Assembly (NCBI GenBank): GCA_030704615.1
Contig: CM060731.1
Location: 68,820,001 to 68,884,000 of the forward strand
Source of the DNA: Takakia lepidozioides
Taxonomy: Eukaryota; Plantae; Bryophyta
Reading direction: 5' to 3'
Length of the DNA stretch: 64,000 nucleotides
The position numbers and the translations under genes were made by a program. The stretch's first letter is position 1. Each line of letters starts with the position of its first letter. Positions 12,780-24,010 of this stretch are shown here, piece after piece. The notes under the pieces are model-generated. The model worked only from the letters and a program-made list of their open reading frames with translations, did no database searches and was not told the DNA's origin.

Positions 12780-13840
12780 GGACTCCATCTCTCCCGTGAT
12801 GGCTGCTGGGTACTTTCTGGTCCACTTACCCTCTTGCGCTGGACAAGTTCTGCACCGACTAATTTATGGCCATTGCATAGTTTCGGAAGCTTGCATGAGA
12901 TTGGACCCTAGTACACCACCGTATACCTTCGAAGCTGACAATAAGAAGGTAACCTGAAAACCTATCTAGAATGTACTGATGTGAATGTCCAGGCATCAGT
13001 TCTTGACGAATTTCTATCCCTCTTGATATACTACCACATTTCAATGCAAGCAAGAGCTCTAGGGACTTTGATTCTAAGTATTACAGACGCTGCCGTTGGA
13101 GCTTTCTTGCGACATGATGGACAGAAAGAACCTTACCTGAACCTTAAGAGGTATATTTCTGTATCAGAGTCCATGCACAAGGATAATTATGGTAGGAAAA
13201 GTAAAGACAGATGTTGAGTGCGCATCAAAACGTTCAGGAGCTACATGATCAAGTAGTTGTGAATGGAAGGAAAGAAAGAACTAGCCAATGTAGCCTTCCC
13301 TTCCACTTCGGAAAATGAGACGATGAGACACTACAGAATGATAATGTGGAAAAGAACTACATTCTGGTTAAGAAGAGAAATGAAATGAAATGAAATGGTG
13401 CTTTATAACGTCCGCAGAAAGCTCGTAGAGCTTATGGGACAAAATGAAAGAAAACATGAGAGAGGAACAAATCCAGAATGATGAAGAGATGAATGATGAG
13501 ACACATTAGCTGCGAACTACTGCGTGATTAATCTCATCTGGCGCTAGACAATATCAGTCTCCTCCCACATGAAAAATGATGAAACAGTGACCTCTGCATG
13601 CACAGATCGGCTACGATGAAATTCTTCTGTCCTTTCTTTTCTTTGTAATTGAAGTACGAGAAAATTAGAAGCTGGGAGAATGTGTCCGAGATAATACCAG
13701 CTCCAATGAGCAAAACGCGCCCACAGCTCGAATCAATCCAACTGGTGAGAGGTAACCCCACAAGCTCTACTTTCGCGTGTCGCACCTGTATCGCATCAGC
13801 ATCAGTGCCCTCTATAGCTATCCTTCGATTCTGTAGCTTA
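12780..13840 (-). pseudogene. Second, more degenerate copy of the FAD-monooxygenase 3' half, inverted relative to 10443-11725
   Basis: IEGTDADAIQ...PLTSWIDSSCGRVLLIG at ~13700-13840. The reverse complement of 12781-12930 (gtggaccagaaagtacccagcagccatcacgggaga) matches the last exon at 11640-11680. Confidence 0.75.
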
Positions 13841-14413
13841 TATATATGTATGTCGTGGACCTTTGTATGCAATCATGCAAGTAATTCTGGGCAGCGGATA
13901 CATGTTTAATACTGTAATCGACTGACCTGTCAAGTAATTGCATGAATGCAAGGCGAACAGATGGAGTTGCTCGGGAAAAAGATGACCAGAACCAACTTGA
14001 AGCACGAGGAAAGCAAACTGATATAAGTCAACGAGTTCAAGGTTTCGGCATGAGTACAAATGTTTGAAGCCTTTGTTATTTATTTTCATCGGTGGAGTGG
14101 GCGTCTACTCCGTAGAACACTTTCCCTTCCAGTAGAGCTCTACAACATTCGAATCGACTATCAGATTGAGCACATGTGCGAACACAGCTGAACGCCCACT
14201 GCTCAGAAATTCAGAATTCCTCTAACTCATGCAGTACTAAAATGTAATTTCCACCAATTTCACCTTGGGCCCCAGCTATTTCAAACAAAGGCGTTCAATG
14301 TTAATGCTTCAATGTGTTGATTCTGTAAGGCTACGTAACATCCGTAAGCATTTGATCAGCAGCAAGTGATGACCGTATATAGATTGATCAAGTACGCCAC
14401 CCAGACTTCAAAC

Positions 14414-14951
14414 TTAGCCTCCAGGCACCCGAATACCTGTAGATCACGAATCACGAAATCAATCGTGGAAGATTCTGAGAAGTGCTCTTGAAACGACGTG
14501 TACTGCATCTGTTCAAAGCCCGCTCCAAATTCAAACCTAAAGCTGCCGGCCACGTCCGGGCGTATGCAACAAGTAATTTACACCAAATCATTACAGCAGG
14601 GAATTGAGGGGAAAAGCTTTGGAGCTCACCGTCGCAGACGAAGCCAGGGGGAACTGGAAGATGGCACTTGTGAGGGATGCCAAGTGCTATGCTACGAACC
14701 GCGCCCACTGCCAGTACCAGAGGATTTGTTACAAGGGAGCACAAACACGTTGCGCCGGTAAGGCCTTCCCCCATCGCTTCCACGTTGTTGCAGCATGCTG
14801 TTGAGGGCTCGACGCTGGCATCCTTGGAGGCAGCTAGACACGGCAGGAGCTGCAATATATCGCAACCAGCTGCGTCCGAGCTGGACACCATAGCCATTGC
14901 CGAAAGCAGCAGCAGATAGGCCGCTGCTGCACCCTTGCAGTGGGCCTTCAT
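14414..14951 (-). CDS. Non-specific lipid transfer protein, type D (exons 14951-14630, 14436-14414)
   Basis: Signal peptide plus eight-cysteine motif C-C-CC-CLC-C-C. GT-AG intron 4 nt after the last Cys codon; short second exon GIRVPGG*; TATA upstream. Confidence 0.92.
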
Positions 14952-15054
14952 CGTCGTTTCGAGGATGCAACACAGAACAGCAGATGCAGGGAAAGCAGCC
15001 TGCAAAGTGGTCGACTTCTTGAAGGTAGTAGCAAGGAGAGCCTTGGCTACAGGA

Positions 15055-15063
15055 TTTATATAG
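15055..15063 (-). promoter_or_regulatory. TATA box of the nsLTP gene
   Basis: CTATATAAA on the minus strand ~105 bp upstream of the ATG. Confidence 0.6.
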
Positions 15064-15264
15064 CAGGTTGCTGATCAACTCATCAGGAAAACATGAACTT
15101 ACCTATGACTGATCTGTTTTGAAGGCACCCCACTGCCCTAGTATTTTTTTTTAAATTTGGAGAACAGTTGGAGTAGCGACTGAGTTTTGCAAGAAACAGC
15201 CATATTTTCTGTTCATCCACTGAAATTTGGATAGAATCATCCTCCTTGGTACTTTTATCTACGT

Positions 15265-15370
15265 ATCTCATATTTGGCAAGTTCATCCATAAGTTTTGCG
15301 GTTTCATCCATGCGAAGAAGGGGAATTTATGACAGAAATTCTGTTCTATTTTTTGAGGTCGGAATATTGC
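15265..15370. repeat. Dispersed repeat (probable non-autonomous DNA TE fragment); inverted copy at ~62835-62965
   Basis: Reverse complement ttccgacctcaaaaaata...catggatgaaa...tggatgaa.t.gccaaatatg matches 62835-62965. Confidence 0.6.
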
Positions 15371-16308
15371 GAGAATTTGCCAGAAATAAAAACACTGACC
15401 CCCACCCACTCACCTTCCTTTTACCGTCAGCAGTATTGTCAACCCTTTTTGAAGACTGCAACGCCCTTCAACTTGCAAAAATGCTCCATATGAAGGGCAA
15501 AAAAATCAGGGCCCTTCAAAACTAAACACTGAGTGGGTCCGAGGAGGTCCGGCTGGCCGCCTGCTTGAAGAAAGCGGTTGGCTCAACCCCTAACACCGAC
15601 AAAGCCACTATGGGACCCAAAAACAGCAAAGTAAATTCAAAGGTACAAGTGTGTCGGATTTCGAGGTTGACGTCGTGGAGCATCAAGAGGTCCTTGCCAA
15701 GCACTTGCAGGAATGCTCTAGATACAAACTTCTTTTCATTTATAAATCATTTTATAATATCTATTTTTGGTGAATGACTCATCCACAAAGCCTCCTCGTT
15801 AATGTTGGAAAGTGTTTGATTTGGTGTGTAGACTAAAACAAGGATATTTGACGAAATTCATAGTGGTGCCGGAAGGTCCTGGGGTGACCCATGCGCACAA
15901 GGTTTATCATGGCAAGCCCTTATTAGATTCTAGCATATTGCAATTTTTTCTGGAACAGACAGATTTAGTGATGCCCCATAATCTCCTTGCCCTATAAACG
16001 GCACGGTATTATTAGGCCAATGATCAATGGAGTAAAAAACCCAAAGATTTTGAATTACATGCAGAGCGAATTGCTCGTGGGGCAATATAAACAAGTCACC
16101 CTAAAATGCCCGCTTAGTGTGACCCGAGAGAACGTCAAGCAAGTCACGAGCAGAAGAGCCGGTGAACAGAGCGAACCCACCAAATTACCTTAACAACATT
16201 TAAAGCACTGAACCAATGCCACCAATGCCACTAGTGAACAAGGCTAGAGCTGTCATGGGATCCACAAAATCACAAGAAACCGGAGGTGCGGGAACGATCG
16301 AATGGAGA

Positions 16309-18047
16309 GGGGGATGCTATTCTATGAGCAAATCCCGTGAGCAGAAAAATCCGTGAGCAAAAATCTACTCACGCTTCAGGATCTGCCCACCTATAACCGC
16401 GGACGCCTACTCGACTAGGAAGACTTAAAACTGCGCAGAGTGGCCAGTATTACAAGCTCGGTTATGGATGCTGTTGGGATGAATAAGGGATGAATGGCAG
16501 ATGAATGTCTGTATGATGAATGAGACATGGATGAATGAAATAAATGAAATAATACAAGGTTGTTTTGTAGTAGTAGCTCCCAAATCCCTCAAGCTCCAAA
16601 ATCCTTTAAACCATGCTAGTCTTGCTTGCAAATCAATTGTGAAAGTGCAGTGTATATTGCCAACAATGAATCCATATTGCTTTGTGGATTGAGGAGGGTT
16701 TACTTGTCATTTTTCCAGGTATCCAAGGTTGAGAGAGAGGCTCACACCCAAATCTAAAGAAGGCAGAGAGGTGAACTCGTGCTTTATAAATAAACATTTC
16801 AAAACACGTACTGGGAATTAAGATGTCGTTGACGACACCTTAATCCCCACCACCTGCACACACACCGCCTTACCGCCAAGGCTTGTTCGTCATCAAATTT
16901 TTTTGGGTTGAAGTTTTTTGGGTGAAAATTCTTGGGGTTTTTGGCGCCTCCATGAATTGTCATGTGCCAACTCGTGGTAAGGCGGTGTGTGTGCAGGTGC
17001 TGGGGATTAAAGTGTCGTCAACGACATCTTAATTCCTAGTGCCAAGGCTTGTTCACCATCAGATTTTTTTGGGTTGAAATTTTTTAGGTGAAATTTTTTG
17101 GGGTTTTTGGTTTTTCCATGAATTGTCATGTGCCAACTCGTACTGGGAATTAAGATATCGTTCACGACATCTTAATCCCCAGCACCTGCACACACACTGC
17201 CTTACCGCCAAGGTGGTTTGCCATCAGATGTTTTTGGGTGAATGTTTTTGGGATTTTTGGTTTTTCCATGAATTTTCATGTGCCAACTCGTACTGGGAAT
17301 TAGGATGTCGTTGACGACACCTTAATCTGGCACATTCGGGGGAAAAAAGAAAAAACAAACGGATTTTTTGTTTTTGGTTTTTGAAAATTTGTTGGGAATT
17401 AAGATGGCGTTGACGACACCTTAATTTGGCACATGGGGAGGCCGCGGGGGGGGGGGGGGGGGGGGGGGGGGACGGATTTTTTTTTTTTTTTTTTTTTTTG
17501 TGTAAATTTGCTGGGAATTAAGATGTCGTTGACGACACCTTAATCCCCACCACCTGCACACACACCGCCTTACCCCCAAGGCTTCTTCGCCTTGAAAGAT
17601 TTTTGGGTTGAAATTTTTTTGGTCAATGTTTTTGGGAGAATTTTTTCGGGGATTTTGATTTTTCCGTAAGTTGGGAATTAAGATGTTGTTGACGACACTT
17701 TAATCCCGCACACGCACCTGGTTCATTCATGTCACTCATTTTTCATCCAAAAGTCATCCAACATTCATCCATTCTTTTTTTCATTCATCTCAAAACCATT
17801 CATCCGGCAGCTTTTCATCGCACATTCGTACCCTATGGTCGTCACCCAGCAAAGATTCTTCTGTCGGATGGGGTGGAGATTGCGTCCGTGCAATGTAGTT
17901 TTTGTCCACGGCAATTGGCCCTCTTCTTCCCTCGGTTGTAGGCTTCCATTCACTAATCTGCTCACTCTTGCAATCTGCTCACGCTTAAGGGATTCTGCTC
18001 ACGTTTACCACTTAAAGTGTGAGCTTGCTCACACGGTAGCTATTCTC
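16309..18047. mobile_element. Non-autonomous Mutator-like (MULE/foldback) DNA transposon
   Basis: 9-bp TSD GAATGGAGA at 16300-16308 and 18048-18056; G...C termini. Long degenerate TIRs carry GTGAGCAGA subrepeats and mirrored GATGAA/TTCATC-rich tracts. No ORF. Confidence 0.8.
16810..17710. repeat. Array of seven ~35-bp imperfect palindromes (GGGAATTAAGATGTCGTTGACGACACCTTAATCCC) in 100-166-bp units
   Basis: Copies start near 16813, 17003 (reversed), 17145, 17295, 17394, 17513 and 17673. Spacers are T-rich and related to each other. Confidence 0.93.
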
Positions 18048-19984
18048 GAATGGAGATGGCCTCACACAGCTCTAATTGTCTCAGTTCGATATCCCCAAAA
18101 CACAAGAATCTATGCTCTTAGCTCAGTGATATGCAATTGGAACTAGTTCCTTTCATGTCAAATTTGCCCACTTATCATTTGGCTACGTTCTGGTAGAGAT
18201 AAGAATTTTGTGTGTGTGTATGCCCCGTGCGTGTTATCTCATGCGATCATGCATAGGAGTACAGTTTTTTGAAGAGATTGACTTGGTTTCGATGGTGGAA
18301 GGGTTTAGCAACCCTGGACACTATTGTCACAAGTACACTTGACACTATGCCTGCTGATGTTGGCAGATCAATGACATGAAATAGAATGCGGGGGCTCTTG
18401 GGGAATGTGGATATCCGAGGAATAATCTCTATTCCACGAGCTTTAGTGCTCAAGAAATGGACTGACAAAATTTGGTGGGAGAATTATTTGCAGGGCTGAC
18501 GAGCCTTTGACGTGCGTGCCAAGGGTGACGGCATACTAGTCTAAAGAGGGATCGAGATGGGTAGTGGTGTGGGTTGGGCTCGAAGAACCGCCCACCCGGC
18601 TGCAGTTAGTAGGGGAGGTCCGTGAGTCGCTAGTAGCGGAATACAAAAAAAATAAAAATAAAAGAGCAAACAATTCTAAGTCATACCAGCAAGAGAGGAA
18701 TCCGATTTCCTCTATGCAAGGCGAGGTTACGTTTTCTAATCTTACGATCTTTTTATGCATTTTTTGTGTTCGTTGTCTTCTAAGTCTTTGGGTTTTATTG
18801 ACTAAGTCCTATGAGCCTGAGCCCCCGAGGCGCTTATAGCCGGAATGAAACTCATGTCCCTTCACAAACCGTCTACTAACCGGGCTCAGGGAGGAAGGGT
18901 AAATACCAGTGTTGGCCAGGTACCATGTTTTGAGCCCTCTCCCGGTCCCGGTTATGGCGTACTCTTTGAAAAAAATGGATGGCCGGGGCAGGATATACCA
19001 ATAGGTTTGAAAAACATCTCGGTTACAGGTCCTCAATAAACACATGGATTTTTTTTTGTCCGGTTCTCAATCTACCGGTTATGCCATCTTAAAAAATGCC
19101 GGTTCCATGGTACCAGTTATGGGATTCATCCACTTTTACTTTTTCTAGCATTTTTGTGTACGTGTGTAAAACTATACACAAAAGGGTTGTGGCCTGGTGA
19201 TAAGCCATTAGAGTATTGGTTGTGGGTCTCCGGTTCAAAGTTCAAACGTTCAACCCTGTCATCTATACTGCGACTCTGGATTGAACACGGTGTACGTTGT
19301 ATTCGGATCGGAGGAGCTGATCATGTAAGCAGGTTGCCCAGGCGCTGCAGGCAAAGTCACACGTGAAAGAGGTATGTCACGGGCTGCACATATTGCACTG
19401 GAAATGTGCTTTTCCTGTTTATCGTTGCGAATAAACCCATGCGTCTTCAGATGAATGCCGTACTAGTAGTGGACCAGTACACGCCCAGTACACTCCCATA
19501 TGAGCCAATCGGCTCTTCGACCGGTCATTTTGCCTTTGCCCATATTAAGTCTCGCCTTTAAGTTTCCGTGGTATGCCTCGATGCTCGCATTAGTATCTTG
19601 GCTTGCATGTGGAATGTTATGGGCAGCAGTACACCACATAGCGATTTTGGGAACCCAGTACACATGAATATAGTGGAGGAACAACTGACCAGCAAGACAT
19701 TTCTTTTCATTGCCTTCAATTTTTTCTTAACCCATTTCACAGCTTCGTCTTCTTTCTGCGGTCCACCTCTACAGTACATAAGGTCGCCCATATCTGCCAA
19801 CAGTTTTGAGGATGTTCCTGGATCACTGATTTTCTAGCATGATTGCTTGACCCAGGCCTTCCGTACATGCCAAAGGCAAAGGAAAATGCATACTCTTGTG
19901 AAAACAGACCTACATGCGGCCATAAAGTCAGAAGTGCCTGAACCGGGCATTCGTATTCAGCACTGCCGCAAGCGTGAGATTAAA

Positions 19985-20180
19985 CAGGGCAGACCATATA
20001 GCAGACCCTGGAGCGGACCATAAGGCATACCATAGGGCAGACCATAGTGCAGACCATAGGGCAAACCATAGGGCAGAATGAGATGTGGCATACCGGATTC
20101 AGTACCGCCACAAGCGTGAGACCAGACAGGGCAGACCTTGCAGCGGACCATCCAGCAGACCATAAGGCAGATTGAGATGT
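19985..20180. repeat. Intronic minisatellite, ~12-bp unit CAGACCATAGGG
   Basis: Repeated gcagaccata(g/t/a) units between transposase exons. Confidence 0.8.
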
Positions 20181-20435
20181 GGCATACCGGATTGCATTGA
20201 TTTTTGCTTCAGTGTCGTCGACAATGAAGGCATTGGGCCGCCAGGTGGGCTTTTCTTGAAGGAGGGCATCACGCAATGCTAGCATCCACGGAATAAGGTC
20301 TGATGTTCGATTGCGTGCTGACAATATGTATGCAACCGGAATTCCGTTCAACCATTGGTCAAACACCATCAACGTGTACAAGGGGAACTGCATGAAATGA
20401 CAATTTGTAATTAGCAGACCAGTGTTGTACCGACA

Positions 20436-20605
20436 TGCACAGGGTCTACTGCAATAGGGTGAAAGCGCACATGGTGTACTGCAACTTGGTGAACACGCAC
20501 AGGGTCTACTGTAACAGGGTGAACACGCAAAAGGGTCTGCCCTAAAACATAGTGCAGTGGAAGGTCTGCTGGAATAGGGTGTACTGGGACAGGGTCTACA
20601 ATAGT
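20436..20605. repeat. Intronic minisatellite, ~30-bp unit CAGGGTCTACTG.AA.AGGGTGAACACGCA
   Basis: About five degenerate tandem copies. Confidence 0.8.
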
Positions 20606-22377
20606 TAGGTCTATTGGGATTGAGGACGAATAAGCAATGCACCACAAGAGTGGGAGACCATTGTAGTATGCTAACATGCTAGCAGAAGCCCGTGGAGAGG
20701 GTCCATGGCAGACCTTGTGATGGTTAGTTCCAAATGTAGCGTCGCAAGCTACGATGCGCGCATGGCCCAAGTCCAACATCTTCTACCGCTGCCAAGGAGT
20801 CTGAATCCCAATGGTGAAGATCAAATCTCCATCAAAATGTTGAAATGTGGGTGCCAATGATTCCTCCTGGTAGAAGAAGACCGAGTCCGGGTTTTGATCT
20901 TTCCACATACGCACGCATTGTGCATCATCAGCGTGTTTTTTGAAGGTCTGCCAGGCTCATTTTTCAGCGAGATTTCGGACATCTTGCTCGAGGAGAAAGT
21001 CGTTGCGTGTCTATGCGTCTCCCAAGCCACTGTTCTGCATGACGTGCTCCTTGTGCTCAATCATGACTTGGGCGACACTCAAGCCTCGAGACAAGCATTC
21101 CATGATCCACTTTTAGAGCTCCTCGCTAATATGTGGAGCACAAGCATATCGGCTGAACTGGAACTCAACATATCCGCCAACATATCCAGGTGTTGCATGT
21201 TGTTATAATATGTGATGACCCCAATATCTGGAGCAAGATAACATTGTGAGACTTTGAAACAACAGAGACACCCACGCTTGTAAGACTCGCCGTATTGGCT
21301 TTTCTTTCGTCTTGGACCTTTGTGAGGATTACTGCTTTCAGCCCCATCCTCTGGTCCATAGCAACACTGATACCTGGACAAGGTCGTATGTCATCGACAC
21401 CCATGGAGTTCTGCAAGCATGTAAGACAACCTAAACCCTATCTACATATGATGCATGTACATGTCCGGCAAGCACAAGCACAGGGCATGAACAAAGAGGC
21501 AGTGCGGGAATATGGTGCAGAAATGACAAAGGTTAGATATGTGTTAGCTCTTGGAGCTCTTCGCGGTCCGGGCTTCGCGTTAACATGCACATTTATGTAA
21601 AATTGGGTGGAACACCCGTCTCTACTCTCCTCTCCAAGTACAAAGTCGGGCACTCTCTGCCAGGGAATACAGGCCGTGCGGACCCGCACTTGAGAGCCCA
21701 TGTATCCAGAGCGACTCTCGTTCTTCCAGTAAAGGTCTTTGCAAGAAAATGGCCCATCTTTTGGTGTTTGAAGACATTGTCGCAATGGACGTATAATAAA
21801 GCTTTCTGGTTGGGCATCGACGGCCGCTGCCATATACACTGCAGTACCCCTTCGCGCACTCGAAAGCACCTGCAATACGACCTGGAAAAGTGGAAGCGAA
21901 GGACGACAACACGCACGTTCTTGGCAGGACGGAAGCGCGTTGGCAAGAACAGACCATAGGGAAGAAAAGATCGATGAAACAGTCTTCGCCCACGATTGGC
22001 GGCGGCTGCCATGCCCTAAATCCAAGCGGCTACGATAGCAGTGCGGCATCACGATGAAATGGGTGGCACATCATCTGGGGTGCGTTTGGGTCTGCCGGAT
22101 CGGGCTGCTTGGCGGCAGACCCAACAGACCTAGCAGCGGGCAGACAGAGCTTGGGCAGACCCACTGGGGACCCGATGGCGGGCGGACCCAACGGCGAGGG
22201 TGGGCGGGCGAGGGCCGCGGCCGGGGCGGCGTGCGGGCAGGGCCGCTGCGGGGCTGCCGACCGCGCTGCGTGGCTGGCAGGTGGGGGTGGGCGACCCCGC
22301 GTCCGTGCGCCCCCTGTCCCACACGCGCGACATAAACTCCCAATTATTCAAAAATGAGAGGCTTGCTTAGCACATCA

Positions 22378-22657
22378 CTGAAAACAAAAAGAAAAGAGAG
22401 AGGCCTCTCATCAATGGTATGTGGATTGTGGATTGCTTCCTGTTTCTCAGAATTTATCTTTTTCATGTTGTCGAGAGCAAACTGGGAGTGTCTCTAAGTA
22501 GTACTGGATGGTAATCAATCAATGGTTGGCAGCTAATGCGTCTCAGCATACACCTCTTCTCAAGCAGGATGTAGTTTGTTTGTACAGTATCGTTTGGTGT
22601 GGTCTTGTCCTTCGTGTTCTCCGAAATGGAGAAGGCTGTGGCTGATTTCAATCCTTT
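22378..22657 (+). repeat. Dispersed duplicate of monooxygenase intron sequence 10760-11024
   Basis: ctgaaaacaaaaagaaaagagagaggcc...gcagctaatgcgtctcagcatacacctcttctcaagcaggatgtag...ggctgatttcaatccttt is shared at high identity. Confidence 0.92.
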
Positions 22658-22858
22658 CATTGGCTTTAGAATCAATACGCTGCCTCCAGTGCTTTCATAG
22701 CACGGCAGTGTCTTCTTCTTCAACATGGCTGCGGATGCAAGTGAAGCAACCGAGCAAAGATCAGGCGCCCAATTGATCAATAAGGCCTACCGACGGCTAC
22801 AAAAGAAGGAAGGCGCAGTGGATGGATGACATTCGCCGTCCCCAGCGAGAGTCAGTGG

Positions 22859-24010
22859 TTTGGCATACATGTCCACCAGGGCAGTATTCAGAATCATGTC
22901 TGGTACAATTCCACCTCCGACGATGTCACCATGGACCTCTTTGCCCTTTTCCAGGGCTGCCAGGCTCTCACATACATTGCAAACGGAAACAAACGTGATG
23001 TGGTTGGGCTTCCCCCCTTCCTGCATCATTTGCTCATAGGTCTCTAAAGCCTACATCCTGCGCCCCAGCTGTGCATACCATGCGATCATTGTGCTCCATG
23101 TCACCACATCTCGTTCAGCCATATTGTCAAACACTCTCTTTGCATCCTCGATGCAACCACATTTGGCATACATGTCCACGAGGGTATTGTTCAGAATGAC
23201 ATCTGGTACAACTCCAGCTTTGATGATGTCACCATGGACCTCTTTGCCCTTTTCCAGGGCTGCCAGGCTCACACACGCATTGCAAATGCAAACAAATGTG
23301 ATGTGGTTGGGCTTCACCCCTTCCCGCATCATTTGCTCATAGGTCTCCAAAGCCTCCATCCCGCGCCCCTGCTGTGTATATCCTGCGATCATCGCACTCC
23401 ACGACACCACATTTCGTTCAGCCATATTGTCGAACACTCCCTTTGCGTCTTCGATGACCCCACATTTGGCATACACGTCCACAAGGGTATTGTTCAGAAT
23501 GATATCTGGGATAATTCCAGCTATGATGATGTCACCATGGACCTCTTTGCCCTTTTCCAGGGCTGCCAGGCTCGCACATGCATTGCAAACACAACCAAAC
23601 GTGATGTGGTTGGGCTTCACCCCTTCCCGCACCATTTGTGCATAGGTCTCCAAAGCCCATCCCACACCACTGCTGTGCATATCCTGCAATCATCGCATTC
23701 CACGACACCACATTTCGTTGAGCCATATTGTTGAACACTCCCTTTGCATCTTCAATGCTCCCACATTTGGCATACATGTCCACCAGGGCAGTGTTCAGAA
23801 TGACATCTGGTACAATTCCAGCTTTGACAATGTCACCAAGGACCTCTTTGCCCTTTTCCAGGGCTGCCAGGCTTGCACACGCATTGCAATCGCAAACAAA
23901 CGTGATGCGGTTGGGCTTCACCCTTTCCCACATCATTTGCTCTTATGTCTCCAAAGCATTCCTACCACACCCATGCTTGGTAAATCCTGCCATCATTATA
24001 TTCCATGTGA
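22859..24010 (-). pseudogene. PLS-class PPR gene fragment (about 3.7 near-identical PLS triplets, frameshifted, no E/DYW)
   Basis: Repeating W.AMIAGY.QQG...GVKPNHITF...ACASLAALEKGKEVHGDI...LVDMYAKCG.IEDAK.VFDNMAERNVV in ORFs 23532..23936, 23051..23689, 22787..23029. Confidence 0.93.

Larger units (their letters stand above)
19262..21833 (-). mobile_element. Intron-containing Mutator-like transposase pseudogene (SWIM-associated type), truncated before the SWIM finger
   Basis: IPWQRVPDFVLGEE, YQCCYGPED, KRGCLCCFKV, ACDATFGTN, PLYTLMVFD...GIPVAY, FIVDD, LCLWHVRKAW, TNASIEAYHGNLK. In-frame stop at 19463 and frameshifts. Confidence 0.85.

Noticed and set aside
15540-16300. Possible integrase zinc-finger remnant on the minus strand (LSVPEKIAIC*NLIRACHDKPCAHG)
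   Set aside because: Only a short, stop-interrupted resemblance; not enough to call.
16813-16847. Palindrome as the target site of the tyrosine recombinase relic at ~33100-35050
   Set aside because: Size is similar to lox-type sites, but the two are 16 kb apart in unrelated elements and nothing in the sequence links them.
16810-17710. CRISPR array interpretation of the palindrome array
   Set aside because: Eukaryotic context, no cas genes, spacers are long, T-rich and homologous to each other, and the array lies inside a TSD-flanked DNA transposon.
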